Assembly (NCBI GenBank): GCA_047947115.1
Contig: CP170459.1
Coordinates: 4,928,001-4,992,000, forward strand
Length of the DNA stretch: 64,000 nt
Origin: Verrucomicrobiota bacterium
GTDB taxonomy: Bacteria; Verrucomicrobiota; Verrucomicrobiia; Limisphaerales; AAA164-E04
Direction: 5' to 3'
The translations under genes were made by a program, and so were the position numbers. Shown piece by piece: positions 51,150-62,894 of this stretch (positions within the stretch are counted from its first letter, which is position 1; the number at the start of each line of letters is the position of its first letter). The notes under the pieces are model-generated. The model made no database searches, was not told the DNA's origin, and saw nothing but the letters and a program-made list of their open reading frames with translations.

Positions 51150-51477
51150 CCTTGAATGAGGCGACTTCATTTCAGTTCCAACGAGAACGAATGCAACGGG
51201 CACACGTCAACCAGTGTGCCCGTTTATTTTTATCCCATTCATGATTCCCGTTAAAAACAATCAACTTCGAGTCAGGGATACAGGAACAATAGCTACCATT
51301 TCATACAAACCATGCTTAATATGGACGCTGGTTCCGGTTCATCGGCATGGCCGTAACAATCAAAAGTCCCGTCAACTTCGTAGCATCAATCCCTGCCCCC
51401 CATTTGGTGAGCATCCGAAAAGCATAGATTAAGCTGGCGATTTTTTAATTTTCCCTATTGAATCTCTTCATTATTCG

Positions 51478-54114
51478 ATGCTCAGGATTGTTTTCACAGG
51501 AATATTTTGCGCTGGGCTGATCCCTTTTTTAACAAAGGGTGAAGACGCCTCGTTGTATTTCGAACAAATCAAACCCGTCCTACAGGAGCGTTGCTACGCA
51601 TGTCATGGCGCATTGAAGCAAAAGGCCGACCTGCGCCTGGATACGGCGTCACTGATTCAAAAGGGCGGTGAGAGCGGAAAAGTAATCCTTGTTTCATCGC
51701 CTGATGAAAGCGAACTGATCAAACGGTTGACCACCAGAGAGGCATCCGACCGCATGCCTCCCGAAGGAAAACCTGTCGATGCACATACCATTCAGGCGAT
51801 TCGCAAATGGATCGCGGCAGGTGCGCCCACGCCCGAACATGAATTACCAGAACAAAATCCCCTGGACCACTGGGCTTTCAAACTTCCTACCCTTGCAAAA
51901 CCAGGCATTCAACACTCCGCAGATCATCCCATCGATGCCATGCTTTCGGAGGCTCTGGAAAGGATGAACCTCATCCCACAACATGAAGCGGAACCGACTT
52001 TATTGATGCGCCGCCTTTTTCTCGACCTGACAGGACTCCCTCCAAGTCCGGAACAAATTGAGCACTATATCCAAAACCCATCGGATACCGAATACGAAAA
52101 AATCGTCGATCAACTGCTTGCTTCACCACAGTATGGCGAGCGTTGGGGAAGACATTGGATGGATGTATGGCGCTACTCGGACTGGTTCGGTCTGGGCGCT
52201 CAACTGCGTTACAGCGCAAAACACATTTGGCATTGGCGCGATTGGATCATTGAATCATTGAACGAGGACAAGGGTTACAATCAGATGATCCGTGAAATGC
52301 TGGCGGCGGATGAACTATATCCAACGGATAATAACCGACTCAGGGCAACCGGGTTCCTTGTTCGCAATTATTTTCTGTTCAACCGCACCACCTGGTTGGA
52401 CAAAACAATCGAGCATACATCCAAGGCATTTCTGGGACTGACCATGCAGTGCGGGAAATGTCATGATCATAAATATGACCCGATCACAGCCCAGGATTAT
52501 TACCGATTCCGAGCCATCCTCGAGCCACATCAGATTCGCACCGATGCGCTCCCCGGAAAATCCGATCTGGAAAAGAATGGGCTACCAAGAGCATTTGACA
52601 TGCACCCGGATGAACTCACTTATGTGCATGTGCGAGGCGACGAGAAGAATCCGGACAAAAGCAATACTATGGTACCGTCGCCTCCGGCATTCCTGAGGGA
52701 TATTCCTTTCAACATCACTCCCGTTTTGCTTCCCCACGAAGCGTCCAGTCCCGCATTGAGGCCTTATGTATTGAACACGCTTCTCGAAGAAGCGAATGAC
52801 CAGATCCGTTCACTGTCAACCAATCCCCCGTCTGAAGTTTCCGAAGCTGGCAACCAGGCATCGCCGTCCTCAAAACCATCTCTTTTGGAACTCGAATTAA
52901 GATCAGCCAGAATGCAACCGGCCGCACTCGTCACAGCGCACCGCGCTATGCGCGCCAAGGTGTATCAACCGGATTCTCCAGATCTGGAAAGCCTGGAACT
53001 TCAAGCTGGTCAAGCAGCTTTCGAACATGAAAAGGCAAAGCTGGAAGTGGAGTTGGCAAGAGCTCGGCAAGCCCTTCAGGATGGAAAGGAAGAGAAAAAG
53101 GATGCTTTGCGCAAGGAGCTGGAAAAAGTGCAGGACCGGTTGGAGAAGCGCATCCGGTCGTTTCAAGAAAACCCCCGAAGTTTCACTCCCATCAGGGCCT
53201 CACTGAAAGCGCTCGAATCGCCCGCCGAAACCGGAGAAGATCGCGGCAAACCCTACCCGAGCCGAAGCACCGGACGTCGTACAGCGCTGGCAAATTGGAT
53301 AGTTCATCCCAACAACCCCCTGACCGCACGTGTTGCCATCAACCATATTTGGATGAGGCATTTTGGTGCTCCGTTGGTAGATCCCGTCACTGATTTCGGA
53401 CGCAGAACACCAGCCCCCAAACTTCAGTCCATACTGGACGATCTGGCAGTGAGATTCATGAACAACAATTGGCGCATGAAGCCCATCCACAGACTGATTG
53501 TCACCAGCAAGGCATACCGCAGATCAAGCTCCGACCTGAATGCTGCGCCGGCCAACTTGACATCCGACTCCGACAACCAATACTTATGGCGACAGAATCC
53601 CAAGCGAATGGAATCTCAAGTCGTAAGGGATAGTCTGCTTTCTTTGGCCAATCGATTGGATTCACAAATGGGTGGCCCCGATATTGATCCAAGCTCCGGC
53701 GCGATTCAGCATCGTCGAAGTTTGTACTTCACCCATTCACGCGACGATCAACACAGATTTCTGAACCTGTTCGATGATGCGTCAATCCTGGCTTGTTACC
53801 GCCGCCCGGAAAGCATCATCCCCCAGCAAGCGCTGGCACTTTCCAACAGCCTGCTATCTACCGAAGCGGCAGAAGCCATTGCTGAAACATTGGAGAAAGA
53901 TCTTGGCGAGGAAGCAACCAACTCCTCGGCCTTCATCAATGCGGCCTTCATACGATTGGTGGGTTGGCGGCCTTCCGAAGAGGAGTTGGAGATTTGTCTG
54001 TCCGCGTTGAATCAATGGCAGGCCGAACCTGCGGATTCCAGGAAAAATCCCAGCCCAAAGGCGAGTCTTGTTCATGCACTCTTGAATCACAACGATTTTA
54101 TCACCATCCGTTAA
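51478..54114 (+). CDS. Planctomycete cytochrome c + DUF1549 + DUF1553 (PSD1) protein
   Basis: [64 protein letters not shown]. Confidence 0.93.
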   Translation: MLRIVFTGIFCAGLIPFLTKGEDASLYFEQIKPVLQERCYACHGALKQKADLRLDTASLIQKGGESGKVILVSSPDESELIKRLTTREASDRMPPEGKPVDAHTIQAIRKWIAAGAPTPEHELPEQNPLDHWAFKLPTLAKPGIQHSADHPIDAMLSEALERMNLIPQHEAEPTLLMRRLFLDLTGLPPSPEQIEHYIQNPSDTEYEKIVDQLLASPQYGERWGRHWMDVWRYSDWFGLGAQLRYSAKHIWHWRDWIIESLNEDKGYNQMIREMLAADELYPTDNNRLRATGFLVRNYFLFNRTTWLDKTIEHTSKAFLGLTMQCGKCHDHKYDPITAQDYYRFRAILEPHQIRTDALPGKSDLEKNGLPRAFDMHPDELTYVHVRGDEKNPDKSNTMVPSPPAFLRDIPFNITPVLLPHEASSPALRPYVLNTLLEEANDQIRSLSTNPPSEVSEAGNQASPSSKPSLLELELRSARMQPAALVTAHRAMRAKVYQPDSPDLESLELQAGQAAFEHEKAKLEVELARARQALQDGKEEKKDALRKELEKVQDRLEKRIRSFQENPRSFTPIRASLKALESPAETGEDRGKPYPSRSTGRRTALANWIVHPNNPLTARVAINHIWMRHFGAPLVDPVTDFGRRTPAPKLQSILDDLAVRFMNNNWRMKPIHRLIVTSKAYRRSSSDLNAAPANLTSDSDNQYLWRQNPKRMESQVVRDSLLSLANRLDSQMGGPDIDPSSGAIQHRRSLYFTHSRDDQHRFLNLFDDASILACYRRPESIIPQQALALSNSLLSTEAAEAIAETLEKDLGEEATNSSAFINAAFIRLVGWRPSEEELEICLSALNQWQAEPADSRKNPSPKASLVHALLNHNDFITIR

Positions 54115-54118
54115 AGGC

Positions 54119-55579
54119 ATGAAAACCCAGCTCAACCGTTCATTGGATCCACATGACATCGTGATCAATCGTCGCTCTTTTCTTTCCCGCTCTGCACTTG
54201 GGTTCGGAAGCATCGCTCTTCAGTCTTTGTTGACCCGCGAGGTTCAGGCGGTTCCAGGACCGGGTTTTGGCATGCCGCATCATCCAGCCAAGGCGAAAAA
54301 CGTGATCTGGTTGTTCATGCGAGGTGGAGTCAGTCACATGGAGAGTTTCGATCCCAAACCCGAGCTCAACCAGTACGCTGGCAAAAGCATAGCGGAAACA
54401 CCTTACCAGGGGGTTCAGAATCCTGAACTGCTCAAGAAAGTCCGGGTGGTAGTGATCAACGATGCCAATGGCCAACAGCGCAACAAAATCTATCCCTTAC
54501 AGACCGAGTTCAAGCGATACGGACAATCGGGAATGGAAGTGAGCAATTGGTTTCCTCATATCGGATCCTGCGCCGACGACATTGCGGTCATTCGTTCCAT
54601 GTGGACAACTGATGACAATCATGGTGCCCAAGTGCAGTTTCATTCAGGGCGACACATGCTGGACGGCAGGTTTCCTACCATCGGCGCCTGGGTCACTTAT
54701 GGGTTGGGATCGCTCAATGAAAACCTTCCGCAGTTTGTCACAATGGGCCCTCGTTTCTTTGACACGCGGGATGGACATTATTTGGGCCCGGCTTATGATG
54801 CTGTACCTCTCAAAATCGATCCCAAAAACCCTTTGGATTACGCCAAACCCGAACGCTCCATCGGACCTCATCGACAAAGGCAGGAGTTCGAACTGGTCAA
54901 ACGACTCAGTAGGATGCGCTCCAAACATTTCCCAAACGACGACAAACTGGAAGCCCGCATTCAGTCTTACGAACTCGCATTCCGCATGCAGACCTCGGTC
55001 CCTGACCTCTTGAATTTCGACCAGGAACCTTCCCACATACACGAAATGTATGGCATGGATCAGGATGTCACCCGACCATTCGGGCAGCAACTTCTGTCGG
55101 CCAGACGTATGGTTGAAAAAGGGGTGCGTTTTGTTCAGATCATGCACGGAGACGGCGCCGCAGGAGCCTGGGACGCACATAGCGGACTCAAAAAGAATCA
55201 CGAACAACTGTCGGCACAGGTGGACAAACCGATTGCCGGGCTCCTGAAAGATTTGAAACAAAGGGGTCTGTTGGATGACACCATCGTTGTTTTTGCCACG
55301 GAGTTCGGACGCACACCCGGTTCACAAAGCAGTGATGGCCGAGATCACCATCCCTATGGATTTTCGGTCTGGATGGCTGGCGGTGGTTTGAAAGGAGGCA
55401 TCGTTCATGGGGCGACCGATGAAATAGGGTTCCATGCGGTGGAACATCCGCACTACGTCACGGATGTGCATGCCACGATTCTGAATCAACTGGGATTGAA
55501 TCCACATCGCATGGAAATTCCTGAACACAAACGATTGGAACAGGATTTCGGCCATATCATCCATGACATCATTGCCTGA
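54119..55579 (+). CDS. DUF1501 domain protein (Tat-exported)
   Basis: NRRSFL twin-Arg, [40 protein letters not shown]. Confidence 0.93.
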   Translation: MKTQLNRSLDPHDIVINRRSFLSRSALGFGSIALQSLLTREVQAVPGPGFGMPHHPAKAKNVIWLFMRGGVSHMESFDPKPELNQYAGKSIAETPYQGVQNPELLKKVRVVVINDANGQQRNKIYPLQTEFKRYGQSGMEVSNWFPHIGSCADDIAVIRSMWTTDDNHGAQVQFHSGRHMLDGRFPTIGAWVTYGLGSLNENLPQFVTMGPRFFDTRDGHYLGPAYDAVPLKIDPKNPLDYAKPERSIGPHRQRQEFELVKRLSRMRSKHFPNDDKLEARIQSYELAFRMQTSVPDLLNFDQEPSHIHEMYGMDQDVTRPFGQQLLSARRMVEKGVRFVQIMHGDGAAGAWDAHSGLKKNHEQLSAQVDKPIAGLLKDLKQRGLLDDTIVVFATEFGRTPGSQSSDGRDHHPYGFSVWMAGGGLKGGIVHGATDEIGFHAVEHPHYVTDVHATILNQLGLNPHRMEIPEHKRLEQDFGHIIHDIIA

Positions 55580-55596
55580 ACCCGGGCATCCTTCTT

Positions 55597-57063
55597 ATGA
55601 GAAGCAGCATCCAACTTCTACCTGGTTGTGCATCCGTCGAGGCGCTGTTGATGAATCTGGCTGACACGCCGGACGTGGTCCTGCTGCATTCCGCCATGCG
55701 TGGTCGCTCGGACTCACGTTATTCCTTTTTTGCTGCGAACCCCATGATGACCATCAAAGCCTACGGCACCGATTGTCGTTTACACTACCCTTCCTCCGGC
55801 CGAGGCCACACACTTTACGGAAATCCCTGGGCCATCACCGAACACTTCATGCAGCCATTCGAAGTGCTGGAAGAACTGGATTCCCCCTTCCCCTTGGGGG
55901 GATGCTTCGGTTATTGGGGCTATGACCTGAAGCAGTTTGTGGAACCGAAGCTGGAACGAAGGGCCATACGCAAAAGTGGTCTGCCAGATGCCTACCTGGG
56001 ACTCTATGCAAGCTTGCTGATCATTGATCATCATGACAAAAACACCTGGATTGTTTCAACCGGTTTCCGCCCTGATGGATCCAGATCTCAGACAGAAGCC
56101 ACCAGGCAGACTGATCAATGGAAGCAAATTCTGGATCAATCCCCGGACGTCACACCAAGTCAAATACCTCATGCTTCAACCAAGACCCAACTGACCTGGA
56201 GCAGCAATCCCAATCGGGATACTTACATTCAATCCGTCATCAAAGCTCAGGAGTGGATCGGTCAGGGAGACATCTATCAGGTCAACCTGGCGCGGGAACT
56301 TTGCGCGACGATGCATTGGGACGCTGTTACCTGTTACCGCCAATTACAAGCCATGTCCCCTGCCCCCTTCTCAGGTTTTATCAACGAAGGCAGCTTTCAA
56401 ATTCTGGGAGCTTCACCCGAATCGTTTCTGCGAATGGATGGACGCCACATCCAAACCTGTCCCATCAAGGGAACGCGTCCGCGAGGCACGGATGCTCAAA
56501 CAGATGCGCAACTGGCCTATGAGCTTCAATCCAGTGAAAAGGAACGAGCAGAGCTGTTGATGATCACTGACCTGCTTCGGAACGACCTCGGACGTGTCAG
56601 TGAATTTGGAAGTGTCACAACACCGGACTTGATGCGACTGGAGCGGTATCCACAAGTCCATCATCTGGTCTCAACGGTAGAAGGCACCTTGAAAAAGGAA
56701 ATATCACATTTGAAGGCTCTCTACCATTGTTTCCCGGGAGGGAGCATTACGGGAGCTCCCAAATTTCGGGCCATGGAGATCATCGAAGCACTGGAGCCGG
56801 AAACGAGGGGACCCTACACGGGTTCCATGGGTTATCTGGGGTTCAATCAAACCAGTCAACTCAATATCATCATACGCACTGCGATCAAACACCGTGAAAA
56901 CATTTCATTGCATGTGGGTGCCGGTATTGTAGCAGACTCGGATCCGGAAGCTGAATTTCAGGAAACAGAGGACAAAGCGGCAGGTTTTTTTGCTTCCTTT
57001 GCCTCGCTTGCTGAACAGCAGCCTGTAACAAAAGAGTATCAAGGAAACTCTCATTCAAATTGA
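55597..57063 (+). CDS. pabB: Aminodeoxychorismate synthase component I (chorismate-binding)
   Basis: GDIYQVNL, SPESFL, PIKGTRPRG, KERAELLMITDLLRNDL, FPGGSITGAPK.RAM. Confidence 0.88.
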   Translation: MRSSIQLLPGCASVEALLMNLADTPDVVLLHSAMRGRSDSRYSFFAANPMMTIKAYGTDCRLHYPSSGRGHTLYGNPWAITEHFMQPFEVLEELDSPFPLGGCFGYWGYDLKQFVEPKLERRAIRKSGLPDAYLGLYASLLIIDHHDKNTWIVSTGFRPDGSRSQTEATRQTDQWKQILDQSPDVTPSQIPHASTKTQLTWSSNPNRDTYIQSVIKAQEWIGQGDIYQVNLARELCATMHWDAVTCYRQLQAMSPAPFSGFINEGSFQILGASPESFLRMDGRHIQTCPIKGTRPRGTDAQTDAQLAYELQSSEKERAELLMITDLLRNDLGRVSEFGSVTTPDLMRLERYPQVHHLVSTVEGTLKKEISHLKALYHCFPGGSITGAPKFRAMEIIEALEPETRGPYTGSMGYLGFNQTSQLNIIIRTAIKHRENISLHVGAGIVADSDPEAEFQETEDKAAGFFASFASLAEQQPVTKEYQGNSHSN

Positions 57064-57229
57064 ATCACATTTGAACAAGTGCATTCAGTCCGTCAAAGAC
57101 AGACCTGATGAAAAAAGGAGTTGGTCAAGGTTCTCTTCTCTACAGACAGGATTTGGATTGGGCGCAGGCAGACGATCAATGGCATTCAGATCCATCATGA
57201 CACAGAAATCAAAAACCTTCAGCCAGGGC

Positions 57230-58399
57230 TCATTCTTCCAGCTTCCACCTCGCCTGTCTCAGAACCGCTTTTGAAGAGCCTCTCGGCAATTCATACCAGA
57301 TCGAAACCAACGTTCCATCCGAAAGCTGAACCGTACTCGGATACCCCAGATCACCCGACGCACCGTCGTCCGACACAGTTAAAGGATCCGACCAATGACG
57401 TCCATCGGTGCTCAATCGCACTTGATTGCCATAAGGAGGTTTTCGGTAGCCATAAGTCATCAAAACCCGACCATCGCGTAAACGCAACAAGTGGGAAGGC
57501 AACCCCCAGACCCCGATCGACACCGGCTTCGTCCAAGTACGGCCGCCGTCGGTCGATTCACATTGCAGGGTTTCCCTCGAATTCCGGGTATTATGATTCC
57601 TGATCTGAACAATGATTCGCTTGTCGATCCATTCGACCGCATGAAGTTCATGATACTCTGAGGGATCATCTCCATCGCGTGCTGGAATTTCTGCCAGCCA
57701 TGTCCAAGTCCTTCCATCATCGCGCGATTCACTCACCCCGATGCGGCGTTGACCGGTCCACAGTTCTTTTCCGGCATAGATCAATCGACCGTCCGCCAGT
57801 TGAATGGGGCCGTGTGGGCTATTGACAATGGTGGGATATTTACCCGACCAGGTTTTGCCTCCGTCCTCAGACCGTATCATCCATTGCCCGAGTTCCGCCA
57901 TACGCTCATCATCGGTCAAACGATGATGAGCAGCCTGCCATCGTTTCAACTTGTCCGTATGCCATCCACCCTTCTCCAAAGCTTTCTTCAAAATCGGTTC
58001 ATAGGCCAAGGAAGTAAAAGTGGTCGCCAGCAGGGTTCCTGCCTGAGTTTGCAAAATCCCCGAATCCCGGTCATCCAGCCCACTATCCAGAATCACTCTA
58101 GGCCAGCACCAGGAATCCCCGCCGTCCCGGGATTTCATGAATACTACTTGGCCAAACGGGCATACATGTCCTTCCCTTCCCCCGGACCATGAGGCGACCA
58201 GGTCACCGTTTTGCGACAGAGCCAAGGTCGGCCAGCCGTGGTAAAACTCGGACTGATGGCTGATGGTTTTCAGATCGATCCTCTTAATGGATGGGGTGGC
58301 AGCGCGTGTTCGCACATGCGGGAAACCAGCCAAAGCCACCCCCACCAGAGTGCTTTGCCCCAAAAATTGACGGCGCGTGAAAGTTCGGGAAATATGCAT
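57230..58399 (-). CDS. Tat-exported sialidase-family (BNR/Asp-box) protein
   Basis: TRRQFL signal. Asp-boxes SRDGGDSW, SEDGGKTW, SRDDGRTW, STDGGRTW. GYP..VQL.DG. Confidence 0.88.
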   Translation of the reverse strand: MHISRTFTRRQFLGQSTLVGVALAGFPHVRTRAATPSIKRIDLKTISHQSEFYHGWPTLALSQNGDLVASWSGGREGHVCPFGQVVFMKSRDGGDSWCWPRVILDSGLDDRDSGILQTQAGTLLATTFTSLAYEPILKKALEKGGWHTDKLKRWQAAHHRLTDDERMAELGQWMIRSEDGGKTWSGKYPTIVNSPHGPIQLADGRLIYAGKELWTGQRRIGVSESRDDGRTWTWLAEIPARDGDDPSEYHELHAVEWIDKRIIVQIRNHNTRNSRETLQCESTDGGRTWTKPVSIGVWGLPSHLLRLRDGRVLMTYGYRKPPYGNQVRLSTDGRHWSDPLTVSDDGASGDLGYPSTVQLSDGTLVSIWYELPRGSSKAVLRQARWKLEE

Positions 58400-58537
58400 G
58401 ACAACATCATGGTGACTCTGAGCGCTCAGTCAATGGCGAAAAGACTTCCCGATCCGATCCGACAGAAAGCGTGCGTCTGCAAAGAAATCCTTTCCCCGAT
58501 CTCCTCAAACAAGTAGGCTTCGTTCCGTATTTGACAC

Positions 58538-59422
58538 ATGAAGGCCATTAGAATCGTAGCATATGTCATCCTGTCCGTTCTGGTATTTTACTTCGGATCG
58601 GCGTTTTTGAAGGAATACAATAGTATCACCGAGCGGAGCGCCGCCCGGGGAAACTACGATATTGATGACATCGAAACACCCATCTATGACGTGGATCGAG
58701 GCACCGATTCCTCATCTTCGGAAATCGAAACACCTGCTGAAGAAAAACCGGCCCCTGATCCAGCATTGAATGGCAGTGATCTACTGGAGCACGGGGATGT
58801 TTCGGCGGCAAATGCCAGTTCAGACGATTCCAACCCGGCCGAAACCAACACAGTTGACACCGCAACACAAACTGCGGCCAACGAAACCGCGTCAACTCCC
58901 GACAATTCAAATCGCATTGGCTTTTTTACGGGAGGATTTGTGCTGTCTCTTTTGGCTCTTGGTTTGCTGGCCGGATATGATCTCACACGTTACTCAGCCA
59001 ACCGCACACTGGATTCCATTTATAATGATGACGGAGTGGGAACGGATGGACATGATCTCTACGAAGCAGCAGAGCAAGAATGGGCGCGCGGAGACTTTCT
59101 CGAAGCGATCCGCATTTTGCGTGAATACCTGGAAGTAAATCCCAAGCAACAGCATGCCGCCATCCGCATCGCTGAAATCTACGAGAAAGACCTGAAGAGC
59201 CCACTTGCGGCGGCCTTGGAATACGAGGAAATCCTGCAGCAAAAACTGGCCCCGGAACGCTGGGGCTGGGCGGCTATCCATCTTGCCAACCTCTACTCAG
59301 GCCCAATGGGCAAACCGGAAAAAGCCATCGATCTACTCAGGCAGTTGGTCGAAAAATATCCCGATACACCGGCAGGTGAAAAAGCGAGTCAGCGCCTGGC
59401 TATGATTGATGGGGCTGAGTGA
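58538..59422 (+). CDS. Membrane protein with acidic linker and C-terminal TPR-like repeats
   Basis: Two TM helices flank a D/E/T/P-rich linker. TPR-like helices end in L..KYPDT.A. Confidence 0.75.
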   Translation: MKAIRIVAYVILSVLVFYFGSAFLKEYNSITERSAARGNYDIDDIETPIYDVDRGTDSSSSEIETPAEEKPAPDPALNGSDLLEHGDVSAANASSDDSNPAETNTVDTATQTAANETASTPDNSNRIGFFTGGFVLSLLALGLLAGYDLTRYSANRTLDSIYNDDGVGTDGHDLYEAAEQEWARGDFLEAIRILREYLEVNPKQQHAAIRIAEIYEKDLKSPLAAALEYEEILQQKLAPERWGWAAIHLANLYSGPMGKPEKAIDLLRQLVEKYPDTPAGEKASQRLAMIDGAE

Positions 59423-59583
59423 GTCAACCATAGTTTCCTCGGTCAACTAAATCTTTGGTCCGCCTTGCGCGTTTGACCAGACAATCCAATCGGTATTCCG
59501 TTTCAATGTCCAGTTGCCTGGCGAGCGTGATGTAAAATTGCCATGGTTTAGAATGAATGGCAAAACGCCACCAATACTCCTGC

Positions 59584-61350
59584 TCAAACAACCAGTTCAG
59601 GCTCTTTCCACTTACCGTGATCACGGATCAAATCCACCAAACGATCTACGGCCTCTGCTTCAGGAATATTGAATTTGACAGGTTGCTTGCCAACGTAAAG
59701 GTTGATCTTCCCCGGTGCCCCTCCCACGTATCCGAAATCGGCATCCGCCATTTCCCCAGGCCCGTTCACAATACACCCCATGATGGCGATCTTGACTCCG
59801 GTCAAGTGCCCGGTCCGTTCCTTGATGCGGGCGGTCACCGATTGCAAATTGAACAAAGTCCGCCCACAGGAAGGACAGGCAACGTAATCGGTCTTGAATG
59901 AACGACAACCAGCCGCCTGTAAAATTGTGTAAGCCAACTCAACTGCCTTCTTGGAAGCAGTTTCGTTGCGAACCAGAATCGCGTCCCCGATACCATCGGC
60001 CAGCAATGACCCCAGGCTCACCGAGGAACGAAGCAGCGCAATGTCGGAAGATAGCGTTACCGACGGATCCAGTGTATCCTTAAGCAATATCGGATACTCA
60101 CATCCCTCGGCTTTCAAACGCGAAGCAAGCAATCGAAAAGCGGTGATCACCGGCAGTGCCACTCCATCTTTAACTGTAATCAATGCTGGCTCACCAGGGC
60201 TTTCGAATGTTGAGGTCGGATCGATTTCGTGAACGGTCAGTGTGTCATAGTTGGCTTCAGCCTGGATAACTTCCGGTTTATCGGGGCGAGGAGGCATCGC
60301 CTCATACTGATCAGTCGTCCCGAGCACACGAATCGTTTGATCGCCTCCACATGAAATGTCTCCGGATAATTTCAGCTCACCACTTTTTCTCCGTGAAAAC
60401 TCAAAGGGATCAAAGGATAGTGGAGCTTCGTCAAATTCCTTCGCCGACTGGGTTAAAAGAGGGATTTGGTCGAGTAAATCACGGCAGACGGGAATCTCAT
60501 TCGGAGCATCCTCGGTCAAGGAAACCCGGATTGTATCCCCCAACCCGTCGCAGAGCAAAGCACCGATGCCGATAGCGCTCTTGACACGACCATCCTCCCC
60601 ATCGCCTGCCTCGGTCACTCCAAGATGAATTGGATAATTCCAGTCCGCCCCCAACTCATTCAAACGAGCCACCAGCAGTCGGTAGCATTCGATCATGACT
60701 TTGGGATTGCTGGATTTCATGGAAAACTTGAAGTTGTGAAAATCCAATCTTCGAGCGATGCGGGCAAACTCCAGGGCGCTTTCCACCATCCCCAAAGGGG
60801 TGTCTCCGTATCGATTCATGATCCGGTCACTCAGGGAACCATGGTTGGTCCCGATCCGGAGCGCACGTTTCAGCTTTTTACATTGCTCAACGAGGGGAGC
60901 AAACTTCTCTTCGATACGAGTTAGTTCTTCTTGATACTCCTCGTCGGTGTATTCGCGGGTTTTGAATTTTTTTGAATCCGCATAATTCCCGGGGTTCACA
61001 CGGACAACTTCCACCCACTTGACCGCTTCCATTGCGGCTTCCGGCTTGAAATGAATATCGGCCACCAACGGAACATGGCAGCCTCTGGATCGCAACTCGC
61101 GCGCAATGTGTTCCAGGTTCGAGGCGTGACGAACCGTTTGCGCGGTAATGCGCACCAGCTGACAACCCACAGCCGCCAGATCAAGGGTCTGTTGAACGCA
61201 TGCCTCGGTGTCCAGCGTATCGCTGGTGATCATGCTTTGATAGACGATCGGATGTTCCGCTCCCAGCGAAACGGTCTGCTCGGGATTGGATATCACTATC
61301 TCGCGCGTAAGCCTGCGCGCATATCGGTAGCCGGACTCGTTGTAACGCAT
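59584..61350 (-). CDS. ispG: (E)-4-hydroxy-3-methylbut-2-enyl-diphosphate synthase (long form)
   Basis: QSM, VRIT, PLVADIHF, RVNPGN, RIGTNHGSLS, HLGVTEAG, GDTIRVSL, CPSCGR, MGCIVNGPGE. Confidence 0.97.
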   Translation of the reverse strand: MRYNESGYRYARRLTREIVISNPEQTVSLGAEHPIVYQSMITSDTLDTEACVQQTLDLAAVGCQLVRITAQTVRHASNLEHIARELRSRGCHVPLVADIHFKPEAAMEAVKWVEVVRVNPGNYADSKKFKTREYTDEEYQEELTRIEEKFAPLVEQCKKLKRALRIGTNHGSLSDRIMNRYGDTPLGMVESALEFARIARRLDFHNFKFSMKSSNPKVMIECYRLLVARLNELGADWNYPIHLGVTEAGDGEDGRVKSAIGIGALLCDGLGDTIRVSLTEDAPNEIPVCRDLLDQIPLLTQSAKEFDEAPLSFDPFEFSRRKSGELKLSGDISCGGDQTIRVLGTTDQYEAMPPRPDKPEVIQAEANYDTLTVHEIDPTSTFESPGEPALITVKDGVALPVITAFRLLASRLKAEGCEYPILLKDTLDPSVTLSSDIALLRSSVSLGSLLADGIGDAILVRNETASKKAVELAYTILQAAGCRSFKTDYVACPSCGRTLFNLQSVTARIKERTGHLTGVKIAIMGCIVNGPGEMADADFGYVGGAPGKINLYVGKQPVKFNIPEAEAVDRLVDLIRDHGKWKEPELVV

Positions 61351-61355
61351 GCGAA

Positions 61356-62795
61356 TTACTGATCGACAGTCACCGTGCTTTCCACGGGTTCAAATTTGAT
61401 TTTATAGGTCTTTTCCTTGGCACCGCTTCCCAGATCCTGAACATCAAAGAAGCTCACATAAAGCATGTAGCCAATGACCAGCAAGGCGAAACCTGTCTGA
61501 ACATAGTTCAAAATGAAGAAAGGAATGGGACGCCGAATGATCCCTTCGATGCAGGCCATCACAATATGCCCCCCATCCAGAACAGGGACCGGAAGCAGGT
61601 TCAACAAGGCAAGATTGACGTTCAGAATGACGCTGAACCACAGCGCCAATCTCCATCCGTAATCACTTTGGAACAACATGTAGTAAATCCGCATGATCCC
61701 AACCGGACCGCTCAGATGTTGAGCGCCGATATCGGATCCTTTGGTGAACAAAGCTTTAAACGTGTTGACCATCGCCATGACGCTGGCTTTGATCTGATCG
61801 TTTGGCCCAGGATGACTGATTGTCATGCTGCCGTTGAGATCCCATTTGATTCCCAACATGGGTCGTTGATCTTCCTCCGGAGGAGCTTCTCCTTCGTAGG
61901 ATGGTATCACTGCCTTGACCGCAAATTCCTTCAGTTCCCCTTTTCGTTCCACCTTGATGACCAGTTCAGAGTCAGGATTATCATCGATCACCTGACTCAA
62001 AGCACGAGGATGGAAAATTGGAACACCATTCACTTCCTTGATGATGTCATTGGATTGCATCCCGGCCAAAGCGGCGGGGCTGTTCTTTTCAACACCTGCA
62101 ACCAAAGGAGTTTGAAAGGGTGCTATCTGGATCTGGCGAAGATTACCACGCTTGTACCACTCTGCGTCCTGCTTCTCGGGCACAGCCTCAAAAGTCATGG
62201 CCTGTCCGTCGCGTTGAACCGTGACAGGAATGCTTTCGCCAGTACTACTAACGATCTGCCAGGTAACCGCATCACCGATGCCGGACCAACGGGTCACATC
62301 GGAACCATTGACATTCTGAATGACATCCCCAGCCAACAAGCCGGCTTTTTCAGCCGGAGAATCCGGGAAGACATATCCAATGGTTGTGGTCGTATCCGTC
62401 TCGCTGACCGGTTTACCAATTCCCCAGATCAGCACAGCAAACAAATATGCCAAGCCAAAACTGAACAGAGGACCGGCAAATGCCACGATGATCTTGTCCA
62501 CCACACCAATAGAGGGGAGATTTTTGTGTTCTGTTTCCCCCTTGCCTTCAATGGCTTCCATGGGAGCCATCTGAGGGAGGGCGACAAAACCACCTGCGGG
62601 TATGCTCCCAAGGCTGTATTTGACGCCTTTGAATTCACGCTCCCACAACGGCTTACCAAACCATATCCCAAACCGTTCAACGACCAGACCGCGCCACTTG
62701 GCAGCCAGAAAATGTCCTAGTTCGTGGACGATGATCAGGATGTTGAACAACACGATCACTTCCAACAAAATGAATAAAAAATTCAAAACTTCCAT
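61356..62795 (-). CDS. rseP: RIP metalloprotease RseP with two PDZ domains
   Basis: HELGH, IP.GGFV, AGP, two SPA..AG...D.I PDZ motifs, SGPVGI, NLLPVPVLDGGH. Confidence 0.95.
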   Translation of the reverse strand: MEVLNFLFILLEVIVLFNILIIVHELGHFLAAKWRGLVVERFGIWFGKPLWEREFKGVKYSLGSIPAGGFVALPQMAPMEAIEGKGETEHKNLPSIGVVDKIIVAFAGPLFSFGLAYLFAVLIWGIGKPVSETDTTTTIGYVFPDSPAEKAGLLAGDVIQNVNGSDVTRWSGIGDAVTWQIVSSTGESIPVTVQRDGQAMTFEAVPEKQDAEWYKRGNLRQIQIAPFQTPLVAGVEKNSPAALAGMQSNDIIKEVNGVPIFHPRALSQVIDDNPDSELVIKVERKGELKEFAVKAVIPSYEGEAPPEEDQRPMLGIKWDLNGSMTISHPGPNDQIKASVMAMVNTFKALFTKGSDIGAQHLSGPVGIMRIYYMLFQSDYGWRLALWFSVILNVNLALLNLLPVPVLDGGHIVMACIEGIIRRPIPFFILNYVQTGFALLVIGYMLYVSFFDVQDLGSGAKEKTYKIKFEPVESTVTVDQ

Positions 62796-62894
62796 AGAGT
62801 TCTTAAAAGCATCAGACCATTTCAATCAGGTCCATGTTCACAAATGAGGATGAAACATAGCGGGTTGGTCGGGATAATCAATGGCTGATTTCCC

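Noticed and set aside
51155..51175. Terminator after the SBP lipoprotein gene (AATGAGG-CGA-CTTCATT)
   Set aside because: Weak AT-rich stem without a convincing U-tract.
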